From a virus (Duplodnaviria; Heunggongvirae; Uroviricota; Caudoviricetes), in IMG/VR virus record IMGVR_UViG_3300042549_006728: DNA of 64,000 bases. One strand, written 5' to 3'. This document shows positions 49,573 through 59,577 of the stretch, piece by piece; the first letter of the stretch is position 1; the number at the start of each line of letters is the position of its first letter. The notes under the pieces were generated by a model. That model was not told where the DNA came from and did no database searches. It saw nothing but the letters and a program-made list of their open reading frames with translations. Position numbers and translations under genes: made by a program.

Positions 49573-50205
49573 ATGAAGAAAATAATATTAATTACTTTGT
49601 TATTAAAGTCATTTATAGTAATGTCTCAGAACATAGTTTATCATGGTTATAAGTCTATTCCTTTTAGTTCTGATGTGTGGAGAGTCGAATATAAGGGATA
49701 TGGTGATTCTTTAGTTGGGGTAATTTACCCAAAGGATAGTAAATACTTTAAAATGAATTTTATACCTGTTAGAGATAAAATAGATAAAGATAAAGTTGTG
49801 TCTTATTTACTACCTTCATTCAATCAATTTAGAAAAGAACACAAGTTAAGTACTGCAACAGAAAATAAGGTTTTAACTGAAAAGGCAACTGAATGGGTTA
49901 AACAAATACCTCATATTATGATTGCAGAACACTCTAATATCTTAGAACATCCACTTAAAAAAGAATCTGAGTGGATAAGTGAAGGAATTTGTAGTATTCC
50001 ATATACCCAATTAACTATGGTGTCTGATACAATGGATATTAATAAAGTATTGGCAGATTGTATCTATGACGCACTTTCTATTTGTCCTGCACACGCATCA
50101 GATTTAATTCATGTATGTAGTAATTTTGAAATTGGGTTTGGTTTAGATTATAGAAACACTGAGATAATTGTGGTATTACAATATAGAAACAAAAAAGGGG
50201 GTTAA
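49573..50205 (+). CDS. secreted CAP/SCP-like domain protein
   Basis: Signal peptide MKKIILITLLL; NQFRKEHKL...L...A...HS...E...PAH...L...GFG. Confidence 0.55.
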   Translation: MKKIILITLLLKSFIVMSQNIVYHGYKSIPFSSDVWRVEYKGYGDSLVGVIYPKDSKYFKMNFIPVRDKIDKDKVVSYLLPSFNQFRKEHKLSTATENKVLTEKATEWVKQIPHIMIAEHSNILEHPLKKESEWISEGICSIPYTQLTMVSDTMDINKVLADCIYDALSICPAHASDLIHVCSNFEIGFGLDYRNTEIIVVLQYRNKKGG

Positions 50206-50215
50206 TCACCCCCTT
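50195..50215. terminator. bidirectional terminator
   Basis: aagggggt-taatc-accccctt between convergent genes. Confidence 0.7.
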
Positions 50216-50222
50216 ATTATTT

Positions 50223-51593
50223 TTACCATTTCATACACTTCGTTGTACGTAATTTCTTCTTTTTACTTTTAAATAATTTAAATTTCCTGTGTCTTTTATT
50301 TCTTTTATTCCATCTTACAATTATTTCAGGTAATCTGAAAGAAATCCCAATATATTTTGGTTTACTGTAAAAACTAACATTATATTCTTTTGTTGGTATG
50401 TCAATGGATACTACTTCCATTTTTGGTTCATCATCTTCTTCACTACCTTCTTTTGGATCAGGTTTTTGATATTTAGTATTTGCCAAAATTGACATTCCTG
50501 CAATACAATATTTATAATCATCATATGAAGTCTTATCTTTTAAAGGTGTACCATATTCATCTCTTTTTTCACTAGCCTTAGTAGAGTTGGGTGGTAATGC
50601 GGTAGACTCTTTGCCATCTGTTGCAACAAACAAACCATTAGGTGTATTAGGTCCTGATGAACCATCACCATTTTCACCATCAGAATTTTGTGATATGACT
50701 GTTTCACTATCTATTAGTACACCTATTTCTTTAAGTTTACTATAAATAAAATCTTTTGCAGCATTATTCCTATTTTCCGATAATTTTTTAAATGTTAAAT
50801 CTTTGGCATCTCTACTATTTCTGAATCTAGAACAAGATGTTATTATTTCTAATTCCTCTAAGAAAAATGTAGGTTCTCCTTCTGGTACATTTAAACCTGC
50901 TTTAATTTCTCTTAGTGGTGCTAAAACCTCTTGTTCTAAACTATCTGAGAATGCTTGTGTAGGTGCCCATTTATTGTCCTCAAAAAATGTATTTGACGGA
51001 CCATTAACAGGAAACTCTATAGGTAAACTAACTGAGTTAAAATTACTTGGTACTTTATCTTCATCAGGTGGTTTAGGTAGGTCTTTTAATTCCTTTTTTA
51101 TACCGTCTTCGGTATTACAGAATACATATTGCCATTTATATTCGTCAAACGTTCTATTAAATTCTTCTAATGAATAAACCGCATATCCGATATGTTCAGG
51201 ATCCTCTTTTAAAGTTTGCCAATTACCCTTACTTGTTGACGACATTCTTTTAACCATATTACCGTCAGTAGACAAAAATTCTTTCCATCCTGTCAACTCA
51301 TCGTCTAATGGATCAGTCTCAATCTTACCTTTGTAACCCTTTTCGTCAACAATTTGACTACCTTCTTTACCTATTTGGAATCCTAAGTGTCTTCTTTTAC
51401 CTTTACTTGTATTAAAAGTGAATCCACCTGACCCAACTCCTTTTGAACCTGGCCAAAATTTCAAACCTAATTTCCATCCTTTGGTACCTTGTTCAGATAG
51501 AACATCATGTGAATTTTCACTTATGGTAAATTCCATAAGTCTTTTTATCCTACTAATTTCTTCATTTAAATTTATTAATAAATTTTTTTTCAT
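50223..51593 (-). CDS. leader-bearing protein with OmpA-like domain
   Basis: NLNEEISRIKRLM leader; FFEDN...IITSCSR...LSENRNNAAKDFI; basic C-terminus. Confidence 0.6.
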   Translation of the reverse strand: MKKNLLINLNEEISRIKRLMEFTISENSHDVLSEQGTKGWKLGLKFWPGSKGVGSGGFTFNTSKGKRRHLGFQIGKEGSQIVDEKGYKGKIETDPLDDELTGWKEFLSTDGNMVKRMSSTSKGNWQTLKEDPEHIGYAVYSLEEFNRTFDEYKWQYVFCNTEDGIKKELKDLPKPPDEDKVPSNFNSVSLPIEFPVNGPSNTFFEDNKWAPTQAFSDSLEQEVLAPLREIKAGLNVPEGEPTFFLEELEIITSCSRFRNSRDAKDLTFKKLSENRNNAAKDFIYSKLKEIGVLIDSETVISQNSDGENGDGSSGPNTPNGLFVATDGKESTALPPNSTKASEKRDEYGTPLKDKTSYDDYKYCIAGMSILANTKYQKPDPKEGSEEDDEPKMEVVSIDIPTKEYNVSFYSKPKYIGISFRLPEIIVRWNKRNKRHRKFKLFKSKKKKLRTTKCMKW

Positions 51594-51598
51594 AAGTC

Positions 51599-51751
51599 TT
51601 AATAACTTCTTCTGTTAGTTCTTCTTCCTGAAAATTTTCTAGATTCTGAGATTTGATTTATTTTTTCTCTTTTAACTTCATTAACAATAGTCTCTATAAG
51701 ATTAACCATTTCTGATTCAGTTAATCTAATTGTTTTTTTACTTCTTCCCAT
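51599..51751 (-). CDS. 50-aa leader-plus-basic-tail peptide (not in ORF track)
   Basis: MGRSKKTIRLTESEMVNLIETIVNEVKREKINQISESRKFSGRRTNRRSY*. Confidence 0.65.
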   Translation of the reverse strand: MGRSKKTIRLTESEMVNLIETIVNEVKREKINQISESRKFSGRRTNRRSY

Positions 51752-51786
51752 TTTATTTATTTTATATTTTTATATTATTTAATCTA

Positions 51787-53415
51787 TTATAGTAAACCAT
51801 CTTTAGTTTTTTCCGTAAATTCTAAAAAATCTTTTGCACTTTGTGCGTCTAATTTATCTTGATCAATAGTTAACATCACCAACCCATTACCAAACATTTC
51901 TATTGCAATATCTTTATTGAATTTTCTAATTGGGTTGTTAGACAAATTCAATAAGAATAAGTCTGTCAATTTTTCGTATCCAGTTAGAGGAGCTTCTTTA
52001 ATGTTATTATCTTTAGCAATGATAACATTTAATTTACTATCAATAGGTAAATGATTGATTGGTGGCAAGGATTCTAAACCACAACTATTAGCGGTAATTC
52101 TTTCTAAAGAAGAAAATTTAGATAAATCTGGTAACCTCTTCAACGATAGATTAGAAAAATCTAAAGCTTTAGTATTTTCAGTATCTAAATAATCTGTAAT
52201 AACTACCCCCTCAGTATTTTGCATTAACCATTGTAAGTATTTATTAGATTGTAATGGTCCAGTTGTTTGAGACGCTAATTTTTTAATGTTAACAACACCT
52301 TCACTATACGCTTCACCACTAACATGATCCTGAACTTTTCCACCAAACATATTTAAATACTTAATATAATGACTATCCATTAAACCAGTACCCTTTCTAA
52401 TGTCCATCTCAACTAGTTTACCTAGTTCCTTTTGGAAGAATGTTTTCATTCCTGAAAATCTATCAAGTACTTGTGTTAATTTTCCTGATCTTTCGATAGA
52501 AGAATTACCTTTATCATGTATTTGGTTAGACTCAAAATGAAATTGTAGTGGATATAAACCACCCTCATCATCTCCATCAAATAATTTTTTTGGCATTATC
52601 ACATAGTAATCAGATAAACTACCATCAGGTTTTGGGTTATTTCTCCTATATGAATCGAAATAACTATTACCTTCCCTTCTAGTACACCAAGATGCTAGTG
52701 GACCTAAAGGGTCACAACTAGATTCTATTGTTAACGGTGTATAGATTAAAACATCATTATCTCTATATGCTAATTTAGCTTCACCTAAGTCAACATATTT
52801 TTTTAATTTTTTCCATAATTTACTTTCGCCTTCTCCACCTTCCTCATCGTCTTCTGCACCTATAAATGGGCTCACTACCGAATATAAATGAGATAAATCA
52901 TTATATTGGTTGATATTTGTAACGTCTTGTGGTGCGTTAGGTCTATTAGGTGCCGATCTTTTAAATACTTTTTTATTTTTAACTGAATCAAATACAGTTA
53001 AAAATTCATTAGCCTCAGGTAAATCTTCACTTAAAAATCTAATTGCTTGTTCATTATCTCCCTCATTAATATGTCTCATAAATACTTGAATCATCCATTG
53101 AACATATTGTTTGTTTGGTGATGGATCCGCATCTACGATATCGTTAAAAATTTCTTCACTTAATTTAACTGATTGTTTTCCTTTTTTACTTTTTACTAAG
53201 TATGCAATATCAATACCATTGTGGTCCTCAATAGGTTCTATTTTAGGTTTGTTAGGGTCCATACCACCTGGTTTTCTAACATCATCCTTTTCGTCAGACC
53301 CCTCTACCGATGCATCCAACATCTTAGGGTCGATAACATTTTGTGTTTTCAAAAATTGAACTCTATCTTCTCTTAATAGAACTCTATATTGACTTTCTTT
53401 AATTATTATTTTCAT
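51787..53415 (-). CDS. leader-bearing protein with WCT-motif domain and C-terminal leucine-rich repeats
   Basis: MKIIIKESQYRVLLRE; ASWCT...YFDSY...QFHFESNQ; LDFSNLSLKRLP, ITANSCGLESLP, LNLSNNPI. Confidence 0.75.
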   Translation of the reverse strand: MKIIIKESQYRVLLREDRVQFLKTQNVIDPKMLDASVEGSDEKDDVRKPGGMDPNKPKIEPIEDHNGIDIAYLVKSKKGKQSVKLSEEIFNDIVDADPSPNKQYVQWMIQVFMRHINEGDNEQAIRFLSEDLPEANEFLTVFDSVKNKKVFKRSAPNRPNAPQDVTNINQYNDLSHLYSVVSPFIGAEDDEEGGEGESKLWKKLKKYVDLGEAKLAYRDNDVLIYTPLTIESSCDPLGPLASWCTRREGNSYFDSYRRNNPKPDGSLSDYYVIMPKKLFDGDDEGGLYPLQFHFESNQIHDKGNSSIERSGKLTQVLDRFSGMKTFFQKELGKLVEMDIRKGTGLMDSHYIKYLNMFGGKVQDHVSGEAYSEGVVNIKKLASQTTGPLQSNKYLQWLMQNTEGVVITDYLDTENTKALDFSNLSLKRLPDLSKFSSLERITANSCGLESLPPINHLPIDSKLNVIIAKDNNIKEAPLTGYEKLTDLFLLNLSNNPIRKFNKDIAIEMFGNGLVMLTIDQDKLDAQSAKDFLEFTEKTKDGLL

Positions 53416-53457
53416 AAAAATTTTATTTATTAATAAATATTAGATTTTTTTAAAAAA

Positions 53458-54312
53458 TTATTCTACCATATCGGATCTTACCCATCCGCTCGCATAATCA
53501 CCTACTTTTTTATCCAAAGTAACCTTATACCATTTTTTTCCTTCACCATCAGTTTTTTCTTCGGTAACCTTACCAATTTTACTGGGAGATGATATCTTAC
53601 TAATTCTATCACTATCTCTATTAGCTTTTACTCTAACATTCACATAACCATCACCACTTTTTTTAGGGTATACTACGGTACCTACTTTATTGGAACCACT
53701 ACTTTGTTTTTTTTCTACTGGTTTAGTTTCTTTTTTATTTGTAGGTACATAACTACCTGCAATATAATCGTGAATTCTTTTCGCTGATAACTTCCTTATA
53801 TCAATAGTACCTCCACAACCACCACATCTTTCTACTAATTCCGCAAATTTAACTGCCTTTTTTGGTATTGTGTCCGCTTTCATTGCCGAATTGAAGTTAT
53901 TAACTTCATATTCATCGGAAGATTTTATATCTTTAGGTAAATTAGGCATATGTTTACCATTACTTAATTTATACCCATCCACTAATTCTAGTTTTATGAA
54001 ATCTAATTGTGTATTCTCATTTGACCATTTAGATTCTTTATGTGTTGCAAAGTTAATTAATGCCTTTTTTCTATCACCTAACCACTGTATTAATCCTATT
54101 GCACCATTAGAGCTCTCTATTGTAGCATCAAATTGGGATTCTGCCCACATATTACCTGCTATTGCACAAGATTGATCCGCATTAAATCCTCTAGAATTAA
54201 GTTTTTTAACTATACTAACTGCCTTATTTAGGTATTCATCAGTTATAACCTCTTGTTTAGTTTCATTTAATAACACTCTCTTAAGTTGTGCTTCCGTTAT
54301 AATTATACGCAT
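53458..54312 (-). CDS. phage tail-type lysozyme with C-terminal SH3b domain, leader-bearing
   Basis: AIAGNMWAES...GAIGLIQW..R; YVNVR...WYKV...GWV; MRIIITEAQLKRVLLNE. Confidence 0.8.
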   Translation of the reverse strand: MRIIITEAQLKRVLLNETKQEVITDEYLNKAVSIVKKLNSRGFNADQSCAIAGNMWAESQFDATIESSNGAIGLIQWLGDRKKALINFATHKESKWSNENTQLDFIKLELVDGYKLSNGKHMPNLPKDIKSSDEYEVNNFNSAMKADTIPKKAVKFAELVERCGGCGGTIDIRKLSAKRIHDYIAGSYVPTNKKETKPVEKKQSSGSNKVGTVVYPKKSGDGYVNVRVKANRDSDRISKISSPSKIGKVTEEKTDGEGKKWYKVTLDKKVGDYASGWVRSDMVE

Positions 54313-54355
54313 TTCTAACTATTTATTATATAAATATAACAATATACTATCTTTT

Positions 54356-54763
54356 ATGAATAGACCCCTCAAAATTAAGAAAAAAATTATAAATAAAGAC
54401 AATATTTCTGAAAAAATAAAAAAAGAAATTAAAATTATTTGTAAAAAATACCCAAAAATCAAGCAAAAAATCAAAAATCTTAAAGATTTAGACAAAAAAT
54501 TGTATTATGCGATGGTTTGGGAGGTAACTGAGAGTCAGCCACTATATATTTTAGAGAATTCTGATAAAAGAGGGTGGAAAAGTTATCATTTGGATCACAT
54601 TTACCCAATTTCTATGGGGTTTAAAGAAAATATATCACCTGAAAAGATAGGAAACATCAAAAACCTACGTTTTATCCCTTTTGAGGAGAACATTAGGAAA
54701 GGATCTACTATCACAAGTGACTCATTGAAGTCCTTACGTAAAATAAAAAGGTTAATAAAATAA
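54356..54763 (+). CDS. HNH endonuclease-like protein
   Basis: YHLDHIYPIS...NLRFI...N..KG. Confidence 0.65.
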   Translation: MNRPLKIKKKIINKDNISEKIKKEIKIICKKYPKIKQKIKNLKDLDKKLYYAMVWEVTESQPLYILENSDKRGWKSYHLDHIYPISMGFKENISPEKIGNIKNLRFIPFEENIRKGSTITSDSLKSLRKIKRLIK

Positions 54764-55531
54764 ATCTTTCTTAAAAATGTAATAATTATTCCTACCAAAA
54801 ATCTTTGCAAAATCAGACAGTTTTTCATTTTTTAGTATATCATATAATTTACTTTTACCTATGGTATCAACATACCATTCACATAAAGATTCTTTTGTCC
54901 AACCTAAACTTTGTAATGGATAGTGCCAATAACTAAGAAAATATGATTTTTCTCTATCTAAGGATTCAAATTCAACCATATTATCCTCAATAAACGACTC
55001 ATCTTCCATTTTTTCTTCTACTTCAGGTAGAATTTCATCCCACATACTTTCTTTGGTTATTATACCCCATCTATTTCGTTCATTAAGGACATTATCCCAA
55101 ACAAATTCAAAAAATTGTTCATTACAAGTAAAAAAATTATCTTCTAAAAATATACCGATATCATCTACATTAATTACATCGTAATAGACTTTCTTTTCTG
55201 TCTTATAATTTAATATATAATTAGAAACAATTCTAAGACAATAATCCTCACCGATACCCTCTGCTAATGGGTTATCACTAGAGTTACAAATTCTAGATAA
55301 CTCCATTGTACCGTCTTGACTGGGAAAATCATTTTTTATTCGATTTATATACTCATCGAAAGACCCAGGCCATTTATTTTCTTCCATCCATTCATAACCA
55401 TATCTCTCTAAAGCGTAGTTATAAACGGTATTATGTCTTAATTGTAGTATTGCTTTCGCACCTCTATCGTGAAGATATCTTTTTTCTTCTTCTTTTAGTA
55501 TAAGTTTGATATTTTTTCTATCATTAAACAT
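54752..55531 (-). CDS. acidic/aromatic hypothetical protein
   Basis: KNIKLILKEEE leader-like start. Confidence 0.7.
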   Translation of the reverse strand: MFNDRKNIKLILKEEEKRYLHDRGAKAILQLRHNTVYNYALERYGYEWMEENKWPGSFDEYINRIKNDFPSQDGTMELSRICNSSDNPLAEGIGEDYCLRIVSNYILNYKTEKKVYYDVINVDDIGIFLEDNFFTCNEQFFEFVWDNVLNERNRWGIITKESMWDEILPEVEEKMEDESFIEDNMVEFESLDREKSYFLSYWHYPLQSLGWTKESLCEWYVDTIGKSKLYDILKNEKLSDFAKIFGRNNYYIFKKDLFY

Positions 55532-55718
55532 TAAAAAGTTTCTTAGCCTTCTCGACTACATCCAATTTCTGAGCTTCTAATAGAGATAATTTACTTTTTT
55601 GCTCTTTATTTAATTCCATTCCTGCGGCTTCTGATTTGATATCCGCAATTTGCCCATCTAATTTATCGTGAGTTAGTAATAGGGTGTGATACATTTGTGC
55701 TTTTTGATCGTTATGCAT
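55524..55718 (-). CDS. small coiled-coil protein
   Basis: 64-aa ORF. Confidence 0.6.
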   Translation of the reverse strand: MHNDQKAQMYHTLLLTHDKLDGQIADIKSEAAGMELNKEQKSKLSLLEAQKLDVVEKAKKLFNV

Positions 55719-55744
55719 AATTTTAATTTTTAAAACTTTATTAT

Positions 55745-56254
55745 TTAATTAAATCCTAGTCTGTTTCTAAACCTTCTATGAATTTGTTGGAATAAAATAG
55801 CTAATGGTTCCATTAAAGTACTCAACTTATCTATTTCTTCTATTATTATTTGAGATAATTCATTTTTAGTCATATCTAATCCTAAACCTAACCCATCTTT
55901 ATATATTAATCTTAACTTATTTTGGAACATTTGTAAAGCTTTTCTATAGTTTAGAATTGATTCTTTGTAATCAACATCAATGTATATCTCATCAATTAAT
56001 GTATCTATTATATGTAAGTCGTTTTCTACTTTATATGACATATTTTGAGTAAACGCTAAATAATTTTCTTTACTAAGGTTACCTTCTCTTGCTTCATTTA
56101 AAAAATTGGCTAATATATTAGTAGTTTCAGTAAATATAATTAATAACTTAGATTGTATCTCACCAGCATGTTGACTCATAAGTTCTGTATCGTCATACCC
56201 ACCTATCTCATTCATCAACCTCTTCAACTGACTCTCTTTAATTATAATTTTCAT
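55745..56254 (-). CDS. leader-bearing helical protein
   Basis: MKIIIKESQLKRLMNE; late motif at 56267-56276. Confidence 0.75.
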   Translation of the reverse strand: MKIIIKESQLKRLMNEIGGYDDTELMSQHAGEIQSKLLIIFTETTNILANFLNEAREGNLSKENYLAFTQNMSYKVENDLHIIDTLIDEIYIDVDYKESILNYRKALQMFQNKLRLIYKDGLGLGLDMTKNELSQIIIEEIDKLSTLMEPLAILFQQIHRRFRNRLGFN

Positions 56255-56295
56255 ATTATATTTCTAAATAAATATCATTTTTTTACTTAAAATAT

Positions 56296-56325
56296 TTTGA
56301 TATTAAATATTTTTTATTATATTTG
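56296..56325 (+). promoter_or_regulatory. Bacteroidota-type sigma70 promoter
   Basis: TTTG-N18-TATATTTG. Confidence 0.6.
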
Positions 56326-56343
56326 TATTATAAAACAAACAAA

Positions 56344-56841
56344 ATGAAAACTATTTTAATTTTACTATCTTCTTTAACTTTAACATTTGTAAGTTATTCG
56401 CAAAAAAAGTCTCTTTTTGAATGGCCGATTGCAGATGAAACAATTGATATTAATGAAGCAAAAAAACAAGGTTTTGCAATGTCATTTAGTCAACCAAGTT
56501 ATTATGTATATAAGGAAAAAGTTAATATCAAAAAATCTCTGTGTGGTTTGGACATGTATATGAATTCAGGTGAGACTAACGATCAGTATTATTACTTCTT
56601 TGATATTAAAAATAAAAAAATCACCGTAGTACAAAACAGGAATATGGTTTATACACTCAATTTCTCAAAGGTAAGTGTTAAAAATAATGTATTAGTTTTT
56701 AAAATTAAAGAAGATGATAAGTCCGTTAGTATATTTGTTGATTTGAATAATCATATTTTTAAATATACGGAGTATTTTGAATCAATAAATATGTCAGATG
56801 TTAGTGTTTGTGGAGATGTATATTTTTATCCAAAAAAATAA
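56344..56841 (+). CDS. secreted hypothetical protein
   Basis: Signal peptide MKTILILLSSLTLTFVSYS-Q. Confidence 0.7.
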   Translation: MKTILILLSSLTLTFVSYSQKKSLFEWPIADETIDINEAKKQGFAMSFSQPSYYVYKEKVNIKKSLCGLDMYMNSGETNDQYYYFFDIKNKKITVVQNRNMVYTLNFSKVSVKNNVLVFKIKEDDKSVSIFVDLNNHIFKYTEYFESINMSDVSVCGDVYFYPKK

Positions 56842-56867
56842 ACCCGATGACTATTCATCGGGGTTTT
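56840..56867. terminator. bidirectional terminator
   Basis: aacccgatga-ctat-tcatcggggtt between convergent ORFs. Confidence 0.7.
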
Positions 56868-57027
56868 CTACCTCACTTATCTCTAAATCCCTATCCTTTA
56901 ATTTATCCATCTCCTGTGTAAAGTATTCTTTAAATTTTTTCTGAATAAAATTTTGTTCTGTTTTAATTCTTTGAGTTCTAGCGTTAGCTTTTTGTTTTTG
57001 ATTTTTTCTGTGTTTACTCTTTGGCAT
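56851..57027 (-). CDS. 58-aa basic/acidic bipartite peptide (not in ORF track)
   Basis: MPKSKHRKNQKQKANARTQRIK...EISEVENPDE*; motif at 57051-57060 and downstream terminator. Confidence 0.65.
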   Translation of the reverse strand: MPKSKHRKNQKQKANARTQRIKTEQNFIQKKFKEYFTQEMDKLKDRDLEISEVENPDE

Positions 57028-57089
57028 AATATCATTAATTTATATCTAATGATAAATATTTTTTATTGAAATGTCAAATATTTATTAAT

Positions 57090-57491
57090 ATGAAATTATT
57101 GGATTTAATATTAGAAGATGTATCAGTACCATTCCCAAATCAAATGGTGATAGAGATAGAGAACGATTTAAGGGATAGAATTAAGGTAGATTGTGAATTA
57201 CCTAAAAGTGAGGAAGAAAAGTCAACTGGGTTAATGTATAGAGATAATCTATGTGATTACTGTGGAGTTTTTTATGATTATGTCAGTGGTGGTTTTTGGA
57301 TGAAGAATGTTAAATTCCCTATAGAAATGATTTTTATAGATGACGATACCATCGTAGAAATTAAAAGAGCGTTACCTAATGACGAAACTATCATTAGTCC
57401 GTCAGTTAATTCTAATGGTAATTTAGAAGTAAATGATGGATTCTGTAAAACTAATAATATCTCTATAGGTAATAAAATCTATAGATCGTAA
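57090..57491 (+). CDS. DUF192-family protein
   Basis: E..GLMYR..L...G.F...FWMKNVKFPIEMIFID...LEVN.G; start MKLLDLILE. Confidence 0.75.
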   Translation: MKLLDLILEDVSVPFPNQMVIEIENDLRDRIKVDCELPKSEEEKSTGLMYRDNLCDYCGVFYDYVSGGFWMKNVKFPIEMIFIDDDTIVEIKRALPNDETIISPSVNSNGNLEVNDGFCKTNNISIGNKIYRS

Positions 57492-58474
57492 ATTTCAGGA
57501 TTCTCCTTACCAAACTTTCTAATTAAAGTACCTGCCTTTGCATTGGCTTCATCTTCCCAAGGGGAACCTTCTTCACCCTCTTCAGGTTTTCCTTCTAAAT
57601 CCCCCCTATCGTTTTGTTGGTGATGTACCATTTCATGTGCGATAGATCTTATTATATCAGGTATTGCTCTATTTTTTGATAATACTTTTATCGTTTTATC
57701 CCCCATATCATAGTTCGCTAATGTCTCGATACCCTCTTTTTTATCTGTTAAAATTACTTTAAAATCATCTGGTAATGATAAATAGTTTTTACCAAAATCA
57801 ATAAAATTGTCAATTATACTTTCGGTTATTAAATTATTTTCTTTAAGTAGACTATCTACCTTCTCAGGTATTCTTTCGAGAATTAACTCAAGAATATCAT
57901 ACATATGGTTACTACTTTCTACACCATAACTCTCAATAAACCTCATTATATGAATTCTGTTATTGGGGTTGTTTATGTATGGTGTATCATATTTCCTTTT
58001 AAATGGGCTCCAATATAAAGGAAATGAAAATTTATTATCTTTAGTTTTAACTAGTATGTCTGGATGAGTTAAAAACCAAACCTCCCTTTCGTCATCCCAC
58101 CCTAAATCACCCGTATCAACCATATCACCTAACCAATCATAACCTACTTCATAATGCCACTCATCACTACTAAGATAATTTTCTGGGTTATTACCATTAT
58201 CTTTATGATAATAATAATCTTCACCTTCTTCCTCATCATATATGTGAACCCATCCGTATTTACCAAATAGTTCGGGATTAGTTATTAATTGATCATATTC
58301 ATCAGTTAATATACTTAAATCCAACATTTCACTAATAGAATCAAAAGATCCTTCTGGAATGTCGTCTTTTAAGACTAAACTATCTAAAAAATTATTAACT
58401 ATATAATCTAAAAACCTTTCGATATTTTGGTTTTTTGTTTCTTCTTTTAATATATGTCTAATTATTCTTTTCAT
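57479..58474 (-). CDS. leader-bearing protein with C-terminal HEXXH zinc-metallopeptidase-like domain
   Basis: MKRIIRHILKEE; RSIAHEMVHHQQ...WEDEANAKAG. Confidence 0.75.
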   Translation of the reverse strand: MKRIIRHILKEETKNQNIERFLDYIVNNFLDSLVLKDDIPEGSFDSISEMLDLSILTDEYDQLITNPELFGKYGWVHIYDEEEGEDYYYHKDNGNNPENYLSSDEWHYEVGYDWLGDMVDTGDLGWDDEREVWFLTHPDILVKTKDNKFSFPLYWSPFKRKYDTPYINNPNNRIHIMRFIESYGVESSNHMYDILELILERIPEKVDSLLKENNLITESIIDNFIDFGKNYLSLPDDFKVILTDKKEGIETLANYDMGDKTIKVLSKNRAIPDIIRSIAHEMVHHQQNDRGDLEGKPEEGEEGSPWEDEANAKAGTLIRKFGKENPEIYDL

Positions 58475-58475
58475 A

Positions 58476-58955
58476 TTAGAATCCTTTAATTTTTAAATTT
58501 AAATACTTATTATTCTCGTTTTGAATAACATCGTATTTATCAATACCCCTTATCAAATTTAGTTTTCTACCGTTTTCCCAATGTACAATTAAATGATCTT
58601 CTTTGAACATCAATAGTGAATTTATATCAATAATTTTACCTTTAGTACCTTTTTCTATAGGATCAGGATCATCTGGCATTTCTATAAGAACGACAGTATC
58701 ACCAAATAATGCCTCATCCCCATTACCATAATTTTTTCTAATCCAAGATTCTATTAAGTATGAGTATTCATCACTCCCTTTTTCTATACCGTAATTAGAT
58801 ACTAAATCATCGTCAATATTATATTTTATAACCTTTTCAATATCAGAAAATAAATCAAAACTGAAAATAGTTTCTTTATTATAATCATTGTTTAAAAAAT
58901 TCAATATTCTATCAATATACGATTTTCTTTTCATATTAAATAGGATTATATTCAC
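58476..58955 (-). CDS. protein with DUF4314-like C-terminal domain
   Basis: GDTVVLIEMPDDPDPIEKGTKG.I...VHWENG..LNLI.G.D. Confidence 0.6.
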   Translation of the reverse strand: MNIILFNMKRKSYIDRILNFLNNDYNKETIFSFDLFSDIEKVIKYNIDDDLVSNYGIEKGSDEYSYLIESWIRKNYGNGDEALFGDTVVLIEMPDDPDPIEKGTKGKIIDINSLLMFKEDHLIVHWENGRKLNLIRGIDKYDVIQNENNKYLNLKIKGF

Positions 58956-59577
58956 CCATTTTAAATGGTTCTAAAATAGGATTAATTGCGTGTAACGAGT
59001 AACTACCATCTGGACGATATTCTGCATAAACAAATTCTGCCCCTAATACTTTATTTTGCCCATCGGCAGTATGAAAATAATCTGAAATAAACGGATTGTA
59101 TTTTATTTCTTCCGCCATACCTTTTAATGTAATTGGATCATCTGGTAACTCCTGCACTATACCACCAACACCAACTACTTGCTCTCTAGATGACATTTCA
59201 CCTTCATCTCTAGTAGTTCTCATAATTTTATGATACCCCAAACTAATATCAAAATTAATATCCCCACCCAAAAGAATGTCATTGGTATAACCAATAATTC
59301 CTGCAGTTTGGTTTTTCCTTCCTGTTTTGGTTCTACCATAAACACCAAAGGCACCATTTTTATTATGTTTAATATTATGTCTGTTAGTGTGGAACCATAT
59401 TTCTTTACCTACTAGTTCAGGTGATCCACCTTCTAAATAACCGTGTTGTGCCTTTGACGCAATAACTGGATCTGACATTCCTGAGTGCCAAGGTGGTGTT
59501 TCATTTAGTAATCTATCTCTCATCTCCATTAATAGATTTACCTTCCCTATGTTAATTCTTTTATCTTTAGTTCTCAT
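58936..59577 (-). CDS. hypothetical protein
   Basis: 213 aa; late motif at 59582-59591. Confidence 0.7.
   Translation of the reverse strand: MRTKDKRINIGKVNLLMEMRDRLLNETPPWHSGMSDPVIASKAQHGYLEGGSPELVGKEIWFHTNRHNIKHNKNGAFGVYGRTKTGRKNQTAGIIGYTNDILLGGDINFDISLGYHKIMRTTRDEGEMSSREQVVGVGGIVQELPDDPITLKGMAEEIKYNPFISDYFHTADGQNKVLGAEFVYAEYRPDGSYSLHAINPILEPFKMGEYNPI

Noticed and set aside
54356-54763. HNH gene as a mobile element or as restriction partner of the MTase
   Set aside because: No flanking repeats or intron context, and it lies about 7 kb from the MTase; kept only as an HNH-like CDS
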